Assembly: GCA_002633005.1 (NCBI GenBank)
Contig: NMRA01000536.1
Location: forward strand, 232,023-296,022
DNA: 64,000 nucleotides
Origin: Phoronis australis
Lineage: Eukaryota > Animalia > Phoronida
Direction: 5' to 3'
The notes beneath the pieces are model-generated. The model saw nothing but the letters and a program-made list of their open reading frames with translations, did not search any database and was not told the origin of the DNA. Shown piece by piece: positions 1 to 14,300 of the stretch. Numbering within the stretch: the first letter of the stretch is position 1; every line of letters begins with the position of its first letter. The position numbers were made by a program, and so were the translations under genes.

Positions 1-3000
1 GTGCCCTCCTTGAATTAATACCCTGTTCACAACTTGGCTAAAACACTAGTGTTCCGCTAGCATTTTCTCTATTACCAGGATTTTCCATAGATAAGCCCAC
101 CCGATGAAACGTTCATGGGCGTTTATTCGGAAAATTATGCCAAATAAACGCCCACGATGGGTGTTTATTTGGTGTTACAATGTAACTTCTGGTGTCAAGT
201 ATCCAGATAGTGGGGCGTTTACTTGAAAAATGTCCTCTTAAAAGCTCATTTTTAGCCACAAATGTAGAGCATTTATAAAAACGAACAAAGTTTTGCAAAC
301 TGTATATCTATTAACTTGAAATTAAAAAACACAGTTTTGTGTAAAAAAAACTTGCTGATAATTTCATATCAGCCGAGGCTATGACTTTCCGTTTACTCAC
401 CCTCTTTCCGAATAAAGGCCCGCACATTTATTTGGTGTTACTGAAATACTGAAATGCCTGAAAATTTTCATTTTCCGAATTCCCCCCAAGGTGAATGAGT
501 ACTAGTCTCATTTTTACTAGTGTTTTAGCCAGTAAAACTGTAAGGTTTTCTCTACTTCCCTGAACTTAGTGTTACGTAATATACCATAATAGCATATTTG
601 CAGAGACCCAAGCCCAGCCCATGACCCTCATACTGCTGTGGTCCAGATGTGACTCCGTTGCTCTGAAATTGCTGTGCTTGCGAATAGCAGCTTTTAGTCA
701 TGTTTTATTCAATGACTTACTTGAATTAGAAAAGGCTATTGACTATTTATGTCTGGCAGAGATTTATGTAGTATATAAATCCGATATATAAGTTTATTTT
801 ATAAGTGCACCCCTCATCGACCTCTGTCTCCTCCCCATCTCCTGCTCTCATCTCCGCTTTACCCTCATGTGAATAGATTGGGTACAAAAAGCTGTTCATC
901 TACACGAAAGTATTCCTGTGTTAAACACCTCTCTCTTGTGAACAGAATGCCAGTTTTGCTGCACTACCTGGACATAGTTTTACTTGCTGGATAGTGTGAA
1001 TTTCAAAGAACTAGCTGGTTGTCTGAATCAGCAACTGATGTGCCCTTGAACAGCACAGCAAAACTGATCCCAGCTGTCAGGGCTCCTTCTGTTGGGTTCT
1101 GATTAACCTAGCCTACAATGGCTTCTCAGTTGGCTTTTTAGGTTTGCTGGAGATAAGACAATCAACACCCTGTTGGATGCTGGCTGGAAGCTGTGTTTGA
1201 CTTGCTCAAGGGAGGGTTCCCCAGACCATACAAAGTGGTCCAAATTGTATATGAATTGATCGGAAATGTGTAGATGAGACTTTTTCTAACCAAGGGTATA
1301 GAGGCACTTGTACATTTTAAAAACAGTTTGTAAAAGCGTTTTGGATAAATCATAGTATGTGAAGGTTTCATATGAATAGGATCAGCCATTTCAGATACTG
1401 CGGCTATTCACATATTTCACTCAAAAATAATTCCAAAATTGTCATTTTTAAAAGGCTGGTTATGTACATTTTCCCTAATAACTGGATTTCTGACAAAATT
1501 GAACTTCACGTGTCAGTCGTGTTGTGTGCTAAAAATGAAGAATTATTTATTCATCATTCTCCAAAACGATGTAAGTAATTATATTTAAAATGTTCACTTT
1601 TGCATGATGGATTATCAGAAAGAGGAATTTGTATTCACGCAAAAACTTCATGTTGCATCGAACAAAATGATAATTTAGAAAACTTTACCAATATAGTTTT
1701 TACGATTTCACCCTGAACATTTTATATCAATCAACTGAAATTTGATCGTGTTATTGGTCTTCCTATGGATGTGCCATTCTTTTTTGCTAAATTTTATCAA
1801 AAAGACTTCTCGTGACCAAATTAGTGGCATATTGGTATTTAGTCAAAAATCAAGTTCTACAGGTTTTCTACTTTGAGAAATTACATTTTCTGAGTTAAAA
1901 TCTAAATTTTTGTAGTTATTTGATTACATTCACTTATTTGTACTTGGTAAGATCCTGCATTGCCTAAATAACGTAGTCTGACTAGAAATATCACTAGAGG
2001 GGGTGATTCTATTTGAAAGAAGCTCAAGAAAAGGGAGTCACAGTGACCTCCCAGTTGTTGCTTTGTGATGTCTAGAAATGCAGGTTGTAATAAACAGGAC
2101 ACGCACCAGCAACTGTCTATGCTGCTGGCCCACCTGCACTCTCTTCTTGTGTGACAGGTAGGCTTTCAAGTTGGGACTAATGTCAATTTAAAACAAATTA
2201 GCATATCTTGGTAAGGAAATATCAACTGGCACAACTGTTGGTCCTTTGTGCTTTTATGAGCTTTTCTGGCCAGAAATGCACTAAATGAGGCGCAGAAAGT
2301 GTGTCTTGAGAAGGAAATCTGTGCACTTAATGCAACTTGGTACTGCACTGAGGATGGGGCAAGGCTTGTTGGCACTTTCTTATATCATCGATGGCTATGG
2401 CTTCTCAAGGAGACTCAAAAAAATTCAGAACAAAGTAAGGCAGAGGAGAGAGTCGGGCATTATCTTATGTAACCACCGTTGGCTTTATGNTAAAAGCCAT
2501 GTAGGGTAAGAAGAGGTTCAATGGCATTGTGTTTTGCAACTGATGGCGTGAAGAGGGTATTGCGTTGTATTTTTGATGAAGAGTGTGGGGGCAGGGGTTC
2601 ATCCAGGATTTCAAAGTTAGAGTGTCCAAAATGATTTTTCCAGTTTCATAGGTACTCTATTACAAATGACATCTGACTGTTTTATTGATCCCAATTCAAG
2701 CTTTTGCTACAATGTGTCATGTTGCTGTGGCCCTATGGGTCTACAATAAGGTTTATTATTTCTTAGATGTGTTTTAACCAACTTTTTATTCTGGCTCATT
2801 ACAGGTTACTTTATGGATCTTCATTAAATTTGGCACGTGTTTCTATTGAGGATTTTGGGACATATCCAACTACTGCATCCAACTACTGCACCGTCACCTA
2901 GTGGCGTTTTTTTGTTTGCCTTGATATTTTACAAGTTCCTTGATGGATGTTCATGAAACTTGACTAATAAGTCAGGATCATGTAGACGACTGCACCTGCC

Positions 3001-3499
3001 TTTTTTCAATTGGATTTGATCTCCGTTGTGCCCCCTAGTGGCCATTCTATTGTTTTTGTGCATTATGGCAGACAACTGAAATTTAATTTGTATTTTTTTC
3101 CTTAAGAATTGATGGCTTGACCATTTTTGTTTTTATTTTGTCAAAAAATTGTGGGCATTCATCTACCATGTTAGAGAGCTTTGAAAAACAAAAAAGATCA
3201 ATCTTGTCCAAATTTTTGCTTGAAGCCTTTGAAATTTATGGTGTACAATTATGAATATTTCGGTGCATTGGAATTGTTGCATCTTCCAACCACTTTGCTG
3301 AAAGGACGAGTAGTTTTGGAATTTAGCATACTGTCTTTGATTCCTCTTAATGTTGTTCTTAGAACGATACTCTAAAAGGCACTGTCTCATTCGCTGCCTG
3401 AAAAGGAAATTGAAAAATTATTAGCCAATTTATGTTCTGTAGGAGCTCATCCTCAATTTGCCAATTATCCACAAGCTGTGTATTATAACTCTGTAAAAG

Positions 3500-3932
3500 C
3501 ATACCAGATGAGGTTTGATTTTTGACTTCATACCAATTACCGGTAGTCATTAATTGGGTCATCTGATCATGTGTTATTGTAGTAGTAAAATTTAGCCAAA
3601 CAGAATTGTAGATTTATAGAAAACATCGGTAGGAATAATATGATGAACTTGGTTATATGAAGGTTCAAGATGACATAGGTTGTTAATTTTTATAAATCGT
3701 CGTTTCATTTTCATTTGACGAAAATTTTGATTTTCTCATGAAAGTTCATAAAAGCCCTGTTTTGTGTTAGTGCCTCAGGGAAAAATGTAACATTTTGAAA
3801 ACAATTCGTGACACCGTTTTGGAGAACAGCTCAAAAAGCGTGGTGTATGAAAGTTAGATCCGTATCTGGTCAGTCATATTTCTGAGATGTGATATTCCAA
3901 AGTTGGTCATTTTCCTAGGGTACTAAACGTTA
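3500..3932. repeat. Old dispersed repeat family; related segments near 9000-9058, 33640-33806 and (inverted) 50557-50785
   Basis: Shared blocks gacttcatac..aattgggtca.(g/c)tga.ca and atttctgagat...ttggWcatttt.ctaggg; the 33.8-kb copy ends ccttaa (possibly Kolobok-like, inference). Confidence 0.5.
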
Positions 3933-6699
3933 ACAGATTGTGTTAAAAAAATTCTGGCCATGATATTAAGTCAGCTGGTTTAGAGTTACTATCAAAATGA
4001 ATTGACTGGCTGTCTGGGTTTGTTTTTATGAAGTGTCTAGTCAATCCTTGTCAGAATGGCTGGAAAATGGAAATCATTTTTTTCCTGGTGGCAAGGTTGG
4101 ATTTGTTTATTTTTTAGTTCCCTGAGGGTCAATTTGAATTTTAAGTGGTGAGTAAGGAGAAGACAGGGAATTAATTCTAATTTTTTCCTGTGACATTTAG
4201 TGGCATAGGGAGTGAAGCATGGTAATCCAATTAACAATAGCTTGACTGGTGCTCTGTGTTATCATTAACAAAATATTTTTATATTGGTGAGATAAACTCT
4301 GTGGTTCCTATTCATAACACACTTTCATTTACTGATTGTTTGTGAGTCCCAAACAGTATTACAGTCTGCAAGTTAAGCTCCATAAACATTATAACTCTGG
4401 GCTGTCTTTGAATCAACATTAAGCCAGGTGTAAAATTGCCTTTTTAATTCCCATGGATAAATTATTTCCCCTTTGTTGAATGCTCCCCACACCATAGTCA
4501 TGTCTGCAAAGGAATTCATTTGGCCCTGTGTTTAAGATTTTCCGCCAGACTCTGTCTCACTCAAAGAATCATCACTGAAAGCAAACAAACCCCTGAATAC
4601 TGGTTTAGAGCTGTAACAAGATGCCTATAAAGATGTATAGAGTGTAGGTTGTTTTGTGTATGGCAGCCTGTTCACCAATATTGTTGCTGTTAAACAAAGG
4701 TAACTCTAACTTAGTAGGTGCTTCTACAGATCCACATATGACTGGCTCAGCTCATAGGCTTGCCAGATGAATCACTAAGACGCAACAGGGCTTATGATGG
4801 GACAGAAGTCTATAGGAAAAGTCTGTTAGTCCAACTTTCCAAAGGTTAGTTTTGTAGAATTAGTGAGAGGAGTGTGTGCTGTTGAGGTCAGCTCAAATCT
4901 GTTCATGGTATTTGTTAGTATAAACAGGGCTATGAGTTGGTGGATATTGTTGGTATTTACTGTCCATTTTACACTAGTTGTATTTGCCAAGCCCAAGAAA
5001 AGTTAGGCCTACTGCATGGTATTGGTGTTTGCTGGTCCTAATCTAAAATCCTTCTGTTGGTAGGGTCTGTTATTTATTGTACTGCCTTGAGCTAAGTACT
5101 TGGTGATGGTTTGCCTGAACAATAGGTGAAAGGGGATGTACTGGAGATTTATGGGGTTTTAACACAGGGCTGATGGGGTTTCTATGAGTCTGTTCAGATA
5201 AGAAGTGGAAGGAATAGATAACAATTTTGTAGACTTATTACACTGTCCAATGGGTACCTTGGAACTGCATTTGCCAGCTTCAGACCGAGTCCTTTGGGTG
5301 GCCTACAGGAAAATTTTTCATTTGGTCAATTCTTTCCAATGCTGGGTAATTTCCTGGTCAGAACTTGGGATGGTCTTGACAGGCTTCAAGGCGACAAAGC
5401 ATGCGCGCACCCACGTGGTGCTCCTCAACTTGGCGAAGTAGACAAAAAGGTCCACCTTAAAGAAACGAAAACTCTGAAATAAAGTAGAAAATGTGACAGA
5501 AGTCCACTAAAAAGCAGGAACTATCAAAAGTCGCCGAATGCACAATTCATTGCTCTGAACGCACCCTGTGAATCTTAGTAAAGGTCCACATTCTCAAAAA
5601 TTCGAACCCAGAAGTTTTATGGCTGGGTGCACACATGCAGAGGGACACTTGACCATCATATAGACGAAAGTTCAAATATTGTTCAAGGAGCATTTTGCCC
5701 TGTTCAGTTGGCAAAAACTAAAAAAAAAATTAATTATACTGGCTTTTACTCGCATAAAATCAGTCTCGATTTCTTACAGCGATAGGATTGTATTTCAATT
5801 ACCGAGATGTTCATTATCAAAGTTGTTGGTTGTATCCTATCACCGTAAGGAATATTGCGAGACTGATTCTATTAAGGTGAAAGGCTAATTCAGGGTTAAA
5901 CAGAACGAAATGCAGTTTTAGTATTGCAGTTATAGCTTGTCAGTTTGCACTGTGTCAAAGGTGTTGTATTGACTACACATACGGTATTTATTATATGATT
6001 TGATTTTGGTACAAACTTACCCATGTCCACTTTTCAGGGTTGACAACCTGCCTCTGTCTCAGTGTGCGGTGTGCTTGAGAGCTCTTAGTGGAACTGTTCT
6101 CATTCCCACAGTCTTTTTTACATTTCTTATCATATCTTTCTATATTTCTGTTCTAAGTTTAGTTCTTTTCTCAGTAACCAGTTCTTATGAATGGTGTCTT
6201 TTCTTCCCCAGAGCAATTGCAATTTGCCATGCGGCAGTTGTTTATCAGATCTTAAAGAAAGAACAGCATTTTGTTTATGAGAAAGTGTATTGCAGCACAT
6301 GAGAAAATATTCAATCGTGTTTCTTGGGAAAGTACACAGTTTTGAAATAAGTATTTCGGTTTGTACCAAAAATACCCTTGCAGAAGTTAGGGAGAAAGGT
6401 TGTTCATGCTGGGTTTTCAGCACTTCAGAGATTGTAATCAATAAAACACCACTTTCACTGAGATCCTATTACTGTACATAAACCAACAGTGTTATCTCAC
6501 TCATATGGAGCTGCAAACCCCTTAAATGGTAGTTCATTTCTTGCAGTTGGTCAACATGTCGCATGAGCTGGCATGTTCCATAGTGTTGTTGAGACAGGAC
6601 CCTCGTTCACCTGGGGGAAAAGCTGTCTGTGCATTCTACGATGGGAGTTTTTGGGTGAAGGTAAATTTCTCCCCGCCTTCGTCTCCAGCAATAGCCATC

Positions 6700-6910
6700 T
6701 GTTACCACTCTGTATGGCTCTGTCTCAAGTAGCCAGAATTAACCGACTGTGGAAGCTACATGTAATTTTAACCCCGAGGGAAATTATTTAATCACCCGAG
6801 GGAAATTTTGGGCCTGATGAGGGAATTCTGCTTGATTTTTGTATGGTTTTCAGGTAATGGGGATGATATTTAGCCCCAAAATTGAGAGGTCAAGAGCCAT
6901 GGGTGATTTT
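6700..6910. repeat. Dispersed repeat; second copy at about 22725-22925
   Basis: Shared colinear blocks: ggctctg..aagtagcca, cgaggggaa, ttttgggcct.atgaggg, agccccaaaat.ga. Confidence 0.65.
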
Positions 6911-9064
6911 CTTACCGCCTCTTGCTAGAACAGACTATCCCTATGACAATTCACTCGACTGACTTATCTCCCAATTATTCTACCTTGAATATTCTGATAC
7001 ATGATTTACTGTTTATTAAAACTCTTCAACTAAGTTTTAATAGTGAAATGTTTTATCTGTTAAATTTTGTGCTTTGTATGAACACAGTTGTGCCTCGGAT
7101 GGACGTCTTCAAATCTTGCCTAATCACTTGTTTTTTTTTTGTTAAATTGTCATGCATTGCGAGCATACCGTAAATATTAACAGTGCACACTAGAACAACC
7201 CTACCTATGGGCATGAACACACTGAGCAGAAAGTACTTGTTGTCACATCATGCCATATTCTTTTGGTCCAAGATGGTTATTATCCTCTTATGTAACTGAA
7301 AGCAGTGGAGACCAAACTTGCCTGGCAATATGCTTTGAAGTCTCAGTCAACAACAGTTGTTCTGGTCAATTATTCTTGACACAGTGGTGTTCTCACAATG
7401 TTGGCAATTAGGCCATTCATCTGATGACCCTGGAGTTCTTTTCAGACCAACTTATTTTATTTCCCATTAAGCCAAACTCCTGTCTATCACAACTCTTGTT
7501 AATAGCTCCCTTCCCTTTCTCACTCCCTCTGGTCATGACATGGGAGTTTGTGGTAGTTCTTGGAATTAACCACTAGATAGCGCAGCCCATTCGATGTGTG
7601 TTGCATGTCATGACCTCTAGCTATTACTCCTGTCCCATTGCAGTAGAATTGCACAGTCGCGATTAAATCCAAATATTTTGAGAGGAGTTGCAATGGCTGG
7701 GAGTTACAGGTTTTGCCACTGACCGAAAACCCCTCAAAAGAGGGGAGTTGTGGCACTAGTGTGAAAACAATGTAATAGGGGGTGCAGGCGGAGTGTTGAT
7801 GTAAGCTACAATGTTAACTGAACCTTTGGCTTGGCTTTGGCAGTTAAGGGACACATAGTTGTTGATGTTTCGGCTATGAACTTATGGCAAGATGGCTTTG
7901 TGAAAACATTATGGATACAGATTTTTTAGTTCGTAGAATTGTATTAATGATCAGATAATAAATGAAATGAAGTACTTATTGGGGTATAGTGGTGAACATT
8001 TTGGGTTAAATATTATCAAACAATACTAAACACATGCCGCATTGACAACTACACCTGTTGACAACCTTTCATACTATAGGGAAGCATTGATACCCGGCCG
8101 TTAAAATCCACCTATTTATGAACTTAACTTCAGTCCAAAACCAAAAGCATCAATGGCACACTAAGCAAATAAAGTCATTTTCCCATTAGAGGCGAAACTT
8201 CTCTTTTGCTGAAATTTTGGTACGTGGGAAAGGTTAACTCTGGTAGTTAACCTGCAAGGGAAACTTTGCTCAAAATAGGATTTAAAAACAAAGCTTTGGT
8301 ACTCACAGAAACTTCACATGGTGGATTTTGGGATTTGTCACGCGTCTCAAATTTCAGATGCTGCATTTTCGTCAACAGAGTATGAAAATAGCTTTGGCAG
8401 TTCATAAAATAGCTGCCAGTTCACCACTCTCATGCATCTTCGTAGTGTGTTGCGTGGAGGTGCAGGATTGTGTGTCATTGATCGAAGTTTATGAATTTGG
8501 AACGACCAATTTTTCCCTGTTTCTAAAATTTGGTACAAGTTCTAATCTTGTGTAAAGTAGTTAAATTTTCACTATCCCAAACTGATAATCAATCAAGAAA
8601 GTGTTTGGTGTGAAATGTGTTATCATGAGACTGGGGACACCAGTGAGTGTGTAGTGCCAGGAGGTGGTCATTACCGTTTTTGTGTATTGTTCCAAGTAGT
8701 CAGTGAAGGTCTTGACACACCTAGGTGATAGTGATTCTCAATATGTTTTTTAGCATAAATGAGAAAAATGAGTGGGAACGACTATATGCTTTCTGCTTTC
8801 TGCAATTTGGGAAACAACTCCTTCAGACAGCGTCACATTTGAGGCACGTTGTTGACCAACGTTGACAATTCCCCTCATCCCTAGTACTGTTAAGGTGATG
8901 TAGAACCTGATGGAGAAGTCTGTGTACATATTCAGACAAATGTCTACAAAATGATTGTATGTATCTCAATTGAAGTCTGTGTTGTTTAAAAGTAAAAAGC
9001 CAGAAGAATTTGATGTTCGACTTGATACCAATCTGCCCTAATTGGGTCACGTGACCATTTCAAT

Positions 9065-9484
9065 CAGGGCTTGGAATGACCAATGACAAAAAACTCGGAA
9101 ACTTTTAAGGCCCAAATCATGCGCGCTTCCCAGCCTTGCAATGGTCGATGTGATTCGGGAGGACTAAAAAAAAAAGAAAACGTTACCACCATCAGTAGCA
9201 TGCGGTTTACAATAACACGAGACGCCATTGAAAATCCCACCAGGCTATCCCAGATGCCCCGGCAATGTTGACAATTTACGTTCCTCCGAAACATAAAGAG
9301 CAACTTCCGCTTTTCGAGGTGAGCGTCGTCTGCAACGCCGCGGTAAGAAACGGTAAGAAAGGAATTTGCCGCGGAAATTTTACATCAAATCCGATTTTTT
9401 TTACGCGGAAATATAATAAAATGCGCGGAAATAACATTTGAGAAAAGCGGAAATCCGCGTTTCCACAGAAAATTCCAAGCCCTG
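9065..9484. mobile_element. CAGGG-terminal MITE, family copy 1
   Basis: Perfect 13-bp TIR cagggcttggaat / attccaagccctg with gcggaaa subterminal repeats; no clear TSD. Confidence 0.78.
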
Positions 9485-10412
9485 TAATATTTAGAAAAAT
9501 CCTGACAAACAATTTCTGGAGTACGATAGGGGTTTTCTTCTCTTCTATTTTTTTCAAATGACCCGATCAGACAATGAATTCGCCTTGTGATCATGTCAAT
9601 GCAATACAAAACCTTTCCAGTTCATTTTGTAAACACTTATTTTTATGTTTCTCTGAGACCCAGTCTGTCTATGTGATGACAAACGGCTCCCATCAGTCTA
9701 AGTTGGTACATTTATTGGTCTGTGTCTCAGATCAAGAGGCTTGACAACAATATTTAGTCTATTTGTTTAGATCTGACATATTCCAAACAATGGGTGGATT
9801 GTCTTGGTATGCAAGATTGGATCAAGTTACTACAGAATTCCAGTAAATGTCATGTCTGAATTTGGCCTAATCTTTTGTGCAGAGGAAAAGCCACATGGAC
9901 ATCACTGTAGACCTGACAATGTTTGGTGCAGTAGTTTGTCCGACTGTGAAATAGTGGTGGGAGGGTTAAGGTTATGAAGCAACTGTGTAGTGTTTCTGGT
10001 CCCTCCATCCCGAGGGGGTACTCAGGAGGGGTACACAAGTCAGGATATTCAGTCGGTTTTTGTTTTCTGTTCTGGTTTATTCCTTGCCAATGGATTCAAT
10101 GTATTTGAAATTTCAAAGAAGAGTTCATTTTTCGAAATTAGCTACACAGAGGGTTTCATATTTTACTTAAGTTTGCGGTTTTAAAAGATTCTAATTCCAA
10201 ATTACTGTTTCCTCAGTAGTAGTTCAATAAAAAGCATTTTATATGTTTTTAATCCTCTGAAATGGTGACTTTTGATATAAACTTCTAGCAAATGTTCCCA
10301 TATTAATTGAGCTTCCTTTGAAGACATTGCTGATTTTCCAAAAGGGTGGGAGTCCTGATTTCACAGTGGCACACGATGTCTGAAATACAGCTGAGAACCT
10401 GTTGTTGAGTAA

Positions 10413-11379
10413 TACCCCCATCACACCGGAGATGTGGTGCCACTGCGGTGCTTGTACGTCACAGACCGCAGTCGCACCGCCATGATCGCGTTGGTTCCGC
10501 AGCGGTTCCGCCATTGATCGTCATAGCCCCGTGGAAAACTGTCAAAACCGTGGACCTTCATGGTGGCATGGCGGAAACTTTGATCATGTTCAAATCTTCC
10601 GCAGTGCCACCATGGGCTGGGCTAATCTGCAGTGGGATCGCCGCGACACCTTCGTGACTGCTGTAGCACCGGGCAAGCAGGTCTTTATTCAGGATTTTGA
10701 AAATAGGGTGTCCAAAATGGGGTTCCCAATATTCCAGGGCGTCCATGATTCCGACGCGTAACCCCCCACCCCCCAGCAATACCCCCAAACACAGAGATTT
10801 TTTACAAAAAATGCATAAGTCAAGGTTTTTACATTTAAGTTTATAAAACAGCCATCTCTGGCGAGCATTTTTACTAAAAAAAATGTGTAGAGAAGACTTA
10901 CAATGCTGTCAATCAAGTGTCAAAATTGCAACAATGCATATACTTTGTATATGCATTGTATATTTCTTCCTGCTTTGAAAAAAGAGCCCCCACTGTGAGC
11001 CTTCAGAGGCTTCCTAGTATTCATTACAATATGTGAGTCCAAACTTGAAAGGTTCCTATTGACAGTGGGCGTCCAAATGATACATTGGGCATCCTTGCCA
11101 GGGCATCCAGATTAGTGCTAGAGTATCCATTTGGATGCCTAGGACGCCCAGGACGTATGCTGCATAAAGTCCTGCGGGCAAGGACTGCAGTAGCACCTCC
11201 ATCACCGCCCTTCTTCCGCAGTACAACTGTCGTGCAGTTGCTGAAAACGTAGACTGGCGATCTTCCCGTGGCGCGAAGAAAAACACATGTGACGGGTAGG
11301 GGAAAACTCTGGAACCCTGCGGTGATGGCGGTTTTGACCAAAAATCGTAGTGGCATGGTGCTTCTGGTGTGACGGGGTA
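10413..11379. mobile_element. PIF/Harbinger-like MITE (host of a nested insertion)
   Basis: Inverted termini tacccccatcacaccgg / ctggtgtgacggggta, flanked by TAA on both sides (10410-12, 11380-82); GC-rich interior. Confidence 0.75.
10678..11174. mobile_element. hAT-like non-autonomous element, 497 bp, with 8-bp TSD
   Basis: TIRs caggtctttattcag / ctgcataaagtcctg (13/15 complementary); identical CGGGCAAG at 10670-10677 and 11175-11182. A related left-end fragment lies near 2592-2630. Confidence 0.88.
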
Positions 11380-14300
11380 TAAAATGAAAGCAGAAAATTT
11401 TTCATGTGTGCCTATGTTCACCATTCGTCATCCTATAGCAATTCAAAACTGCATTGTTAGGCCAAAAACTATATTTGGTTCTGGTCTGTACCCCGACCAA
11501 TTATGAGACCCGCGATCAGTTACTAAACTAGGTGTCCCTGCATCAATGTCAGCCAAGGTCTTGTGATTGTTTGTTTTTGAAAAGCTGCACAAAATTTTGT
11601 AAGAAAGGTTTGAAATGCTCTGATTTGCCATCTTAAGAGTAAAAATATCCCGTGTGATTTTTGTACATTTCAGATGGAGTTTCTTTTTTGAAAAAGTGAT
11701 CAGCTAAAAGATACCACACCACCGATTTTGAAAAAAAAACAGAACCATCTATACCATCTTTTGTCCTCCCGAAAAACCTCATTTGAAAACAATGCTTGGA
11801 ACAATTAAAACTTCATCCCTGAAATGAAAAAAATAGTGAAACGGAATACAACCTATTATGTTTATTAGCTGCCAGCTCCTTTGAATAAGCACATGGCATG
11901 ATGAGAGTTCCTTAACAACACTGACAGCCACTCCACAATGGCTGCTTATGTAACATTGTGTCAGATTGTGAATTCAGTGGCACATTTTAACAACTGACCA
12001 ATAGGGGCATCCTGGGTTACACAGGGTAGAACTCTCCTTTGTCCTATGGATGAGAAAGCGCGTGACCTAGTTTTGGAAATCAGGCACATTTTCGTGTCTC
12101 TCATTGATGTTGGGAAGGCGAAGAATTTCAGACCATGTATCCACGGGTATTTTTCCGGTTTATCAAACTTTTTCACGTTGTTGTTGCCACCCACAGCAAG
12201 TCAGCAGTGATACTTCGCTGGTATTGGAAGGACGAGTTGAGTAATTCAACTGAGAAGAACTTGTTAAGAATCAGACAACATCAAATAACGTGAAACTCCA
12301 GTGGCATGAAAACGAGGCAGCAGTGAGACTGCAGTGTTGCTGGGTAATCCGGGACGGCCCTATTACTTGGATGGAAGGTGTCCGAGATGGCAACATTTCT
12401 AAAAGAAGAGTTTATTCAGCCATCAGTTACAACGAATACGACCAGTATTGATGATGTCATTAACATTCTAATATATGGATACCACTCACATGTTTCTATG
12501 TGTTTGCTATATATCGAGATTACCATATGCATATGTAATTCAACAAGGGTGTTTGATGCGGGAAAGTAGCTTCTTCTTCAGATCATTCAATAACGGGTAT
12601 ATCGTGGACATACAGGATTTGACACTAATATATTTTGGAAACAAAAGAAGCTCTTAATGTTTTTACGGCGATTACATAGTTAAGTCTGGACTCAATTTGG
12701 AGACGTCAGGTTTTGCTTGGCGACTTGTAAAAATGCCAAGTTCTTGAGAAGTTACATTGGTCATATCCCAGCACGCACTTAAAATACTTCGGGAAGTAAA
12801 CCGACAGGAGTCGGAATGGTTCAGCAAAATCCTAAGGGCTCCTCCTGTTCTCCACGAATCGTGCCCAGATAACACGTGATGATTGTCTGCTTTATCGTTA
12901 GGTCATTATTTGTGTCCCAACAAAAGCTGATTTTCATTTTAATCTATCCCACCATTATTCTGCAGGTCGCCAGATTTCAAGAGCGTGATGACATGAACTT
13001 CAACTTGGAACTGTTTTTTAAATTATAAATTGTTTTAGTTGTGCTACATTTCTAATTTGGGCAAGTCCAAGACCCCAGCAATTAGCGTGCTGTAACCAAG
13101 GTTTCTAAAGTAGTTGTTGGTGTATTTGGAAGACATAACCATTTGTTACCAGCAGCCGCCAACTTCATTTGCTTGGTTACCGACTTTCCAACTACGTCAA
13201 TGGGGACAAGAATAAACCAGCTTTGGGACATGTATTAACAGAGAACATATTCAAGGAAACCGCATCAGCAATTTGCAGGGATTTATTGCCATAGCTGAGT
13301 GTTCATAAACCTGAGTGTGTGTGTGTCCATGGCATTTGCACAGGAGTAGATGGTTATGAGCCATGCTCAACTTGCCCACCATTAGCTTTGGTATGTTCAC
13401 GCCAAGGGGTAGCTACCGTAAAGTGTTGGAATTTTGTCACACGCGCATTTGTGAAATAAGATTCAGCGTAAAAAGCTTTGAGTCAGTTCCACATCAAGTT
13501 TCAGCTACAAGTTCGGTAATTGGTCATGTAATTACCACACAATATGGCTGACAAGTGAAATTCTGTTTTGTTACATTTTACCACAAAAGTAAAAATTTAG
13601 ATCATTCATTTCATCCTATTTTAAGCTTTTATGCATGGGTTGTTTGTAGATATCATAAAATAACATTTGCTAAAATTTCCATTGTTTGCAGAGAGTTAAT
13701 CTGCCTTTGATATATTGAAAAATAACAATTGTGGCAATTGTATTTGTTTGAATCAGGTTGAGAATTACTGTACATTGTGCACCACAACAAATAACTCAAA
13801 CTGGATGGAATTGTGCAGTCCAGGAGTATGTTTGAATGTCCCGTGTCCATACAGCGGAGGATTTGTGTGCACAGCCAAAAAATTGGTACATTGAATTTGT
13901 GCTAGATGTCAACGTTTGCTTTTTTGCTTAAATAGAGACTAATCGGCTGCTGAGTTCAAACTCCCTGCATTATTTTTTGAAACTTAACTGGTGTAAACCA
14001 AACTTGTCACACCATTGTCCAAATTCGTTTCAGTGAGAAGTCATAATATCTTGTGGGTAGAATTGGACTGTTAATCAAAATTCAATGACCTTAATCTGCG
14101 CAAGCATGCTGAACGTCAACGATACCACAAAAAGTTTGTAATTGTCAATTTCTTCTCAGATTTCACGATTGAACTTGCTTCTCAGTTGCAGCGATGACAA
14201 ATTTTCCCTCGTAAGTTAACTATTTCTTGATTATAATGCTGATTTTTGACCGACTGTATTTTGAACTTCTCTTAAAACCTCTCCCGATAACTCTACATGC

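Noticed and set aside
35-531. 16-bp inverted repeat tggctaaaacactagt as a MITE boundary
   Set aside because: Probably an old repeat remnant, but termini and TSD cannot be defined.
2045-2053. Isolated GLI-like sites (GACCTCCCA here, GACCACCCG near 25915)
   Set aside because: Single one-mismatch 9-mers are expected several times by chance in 64 kb.
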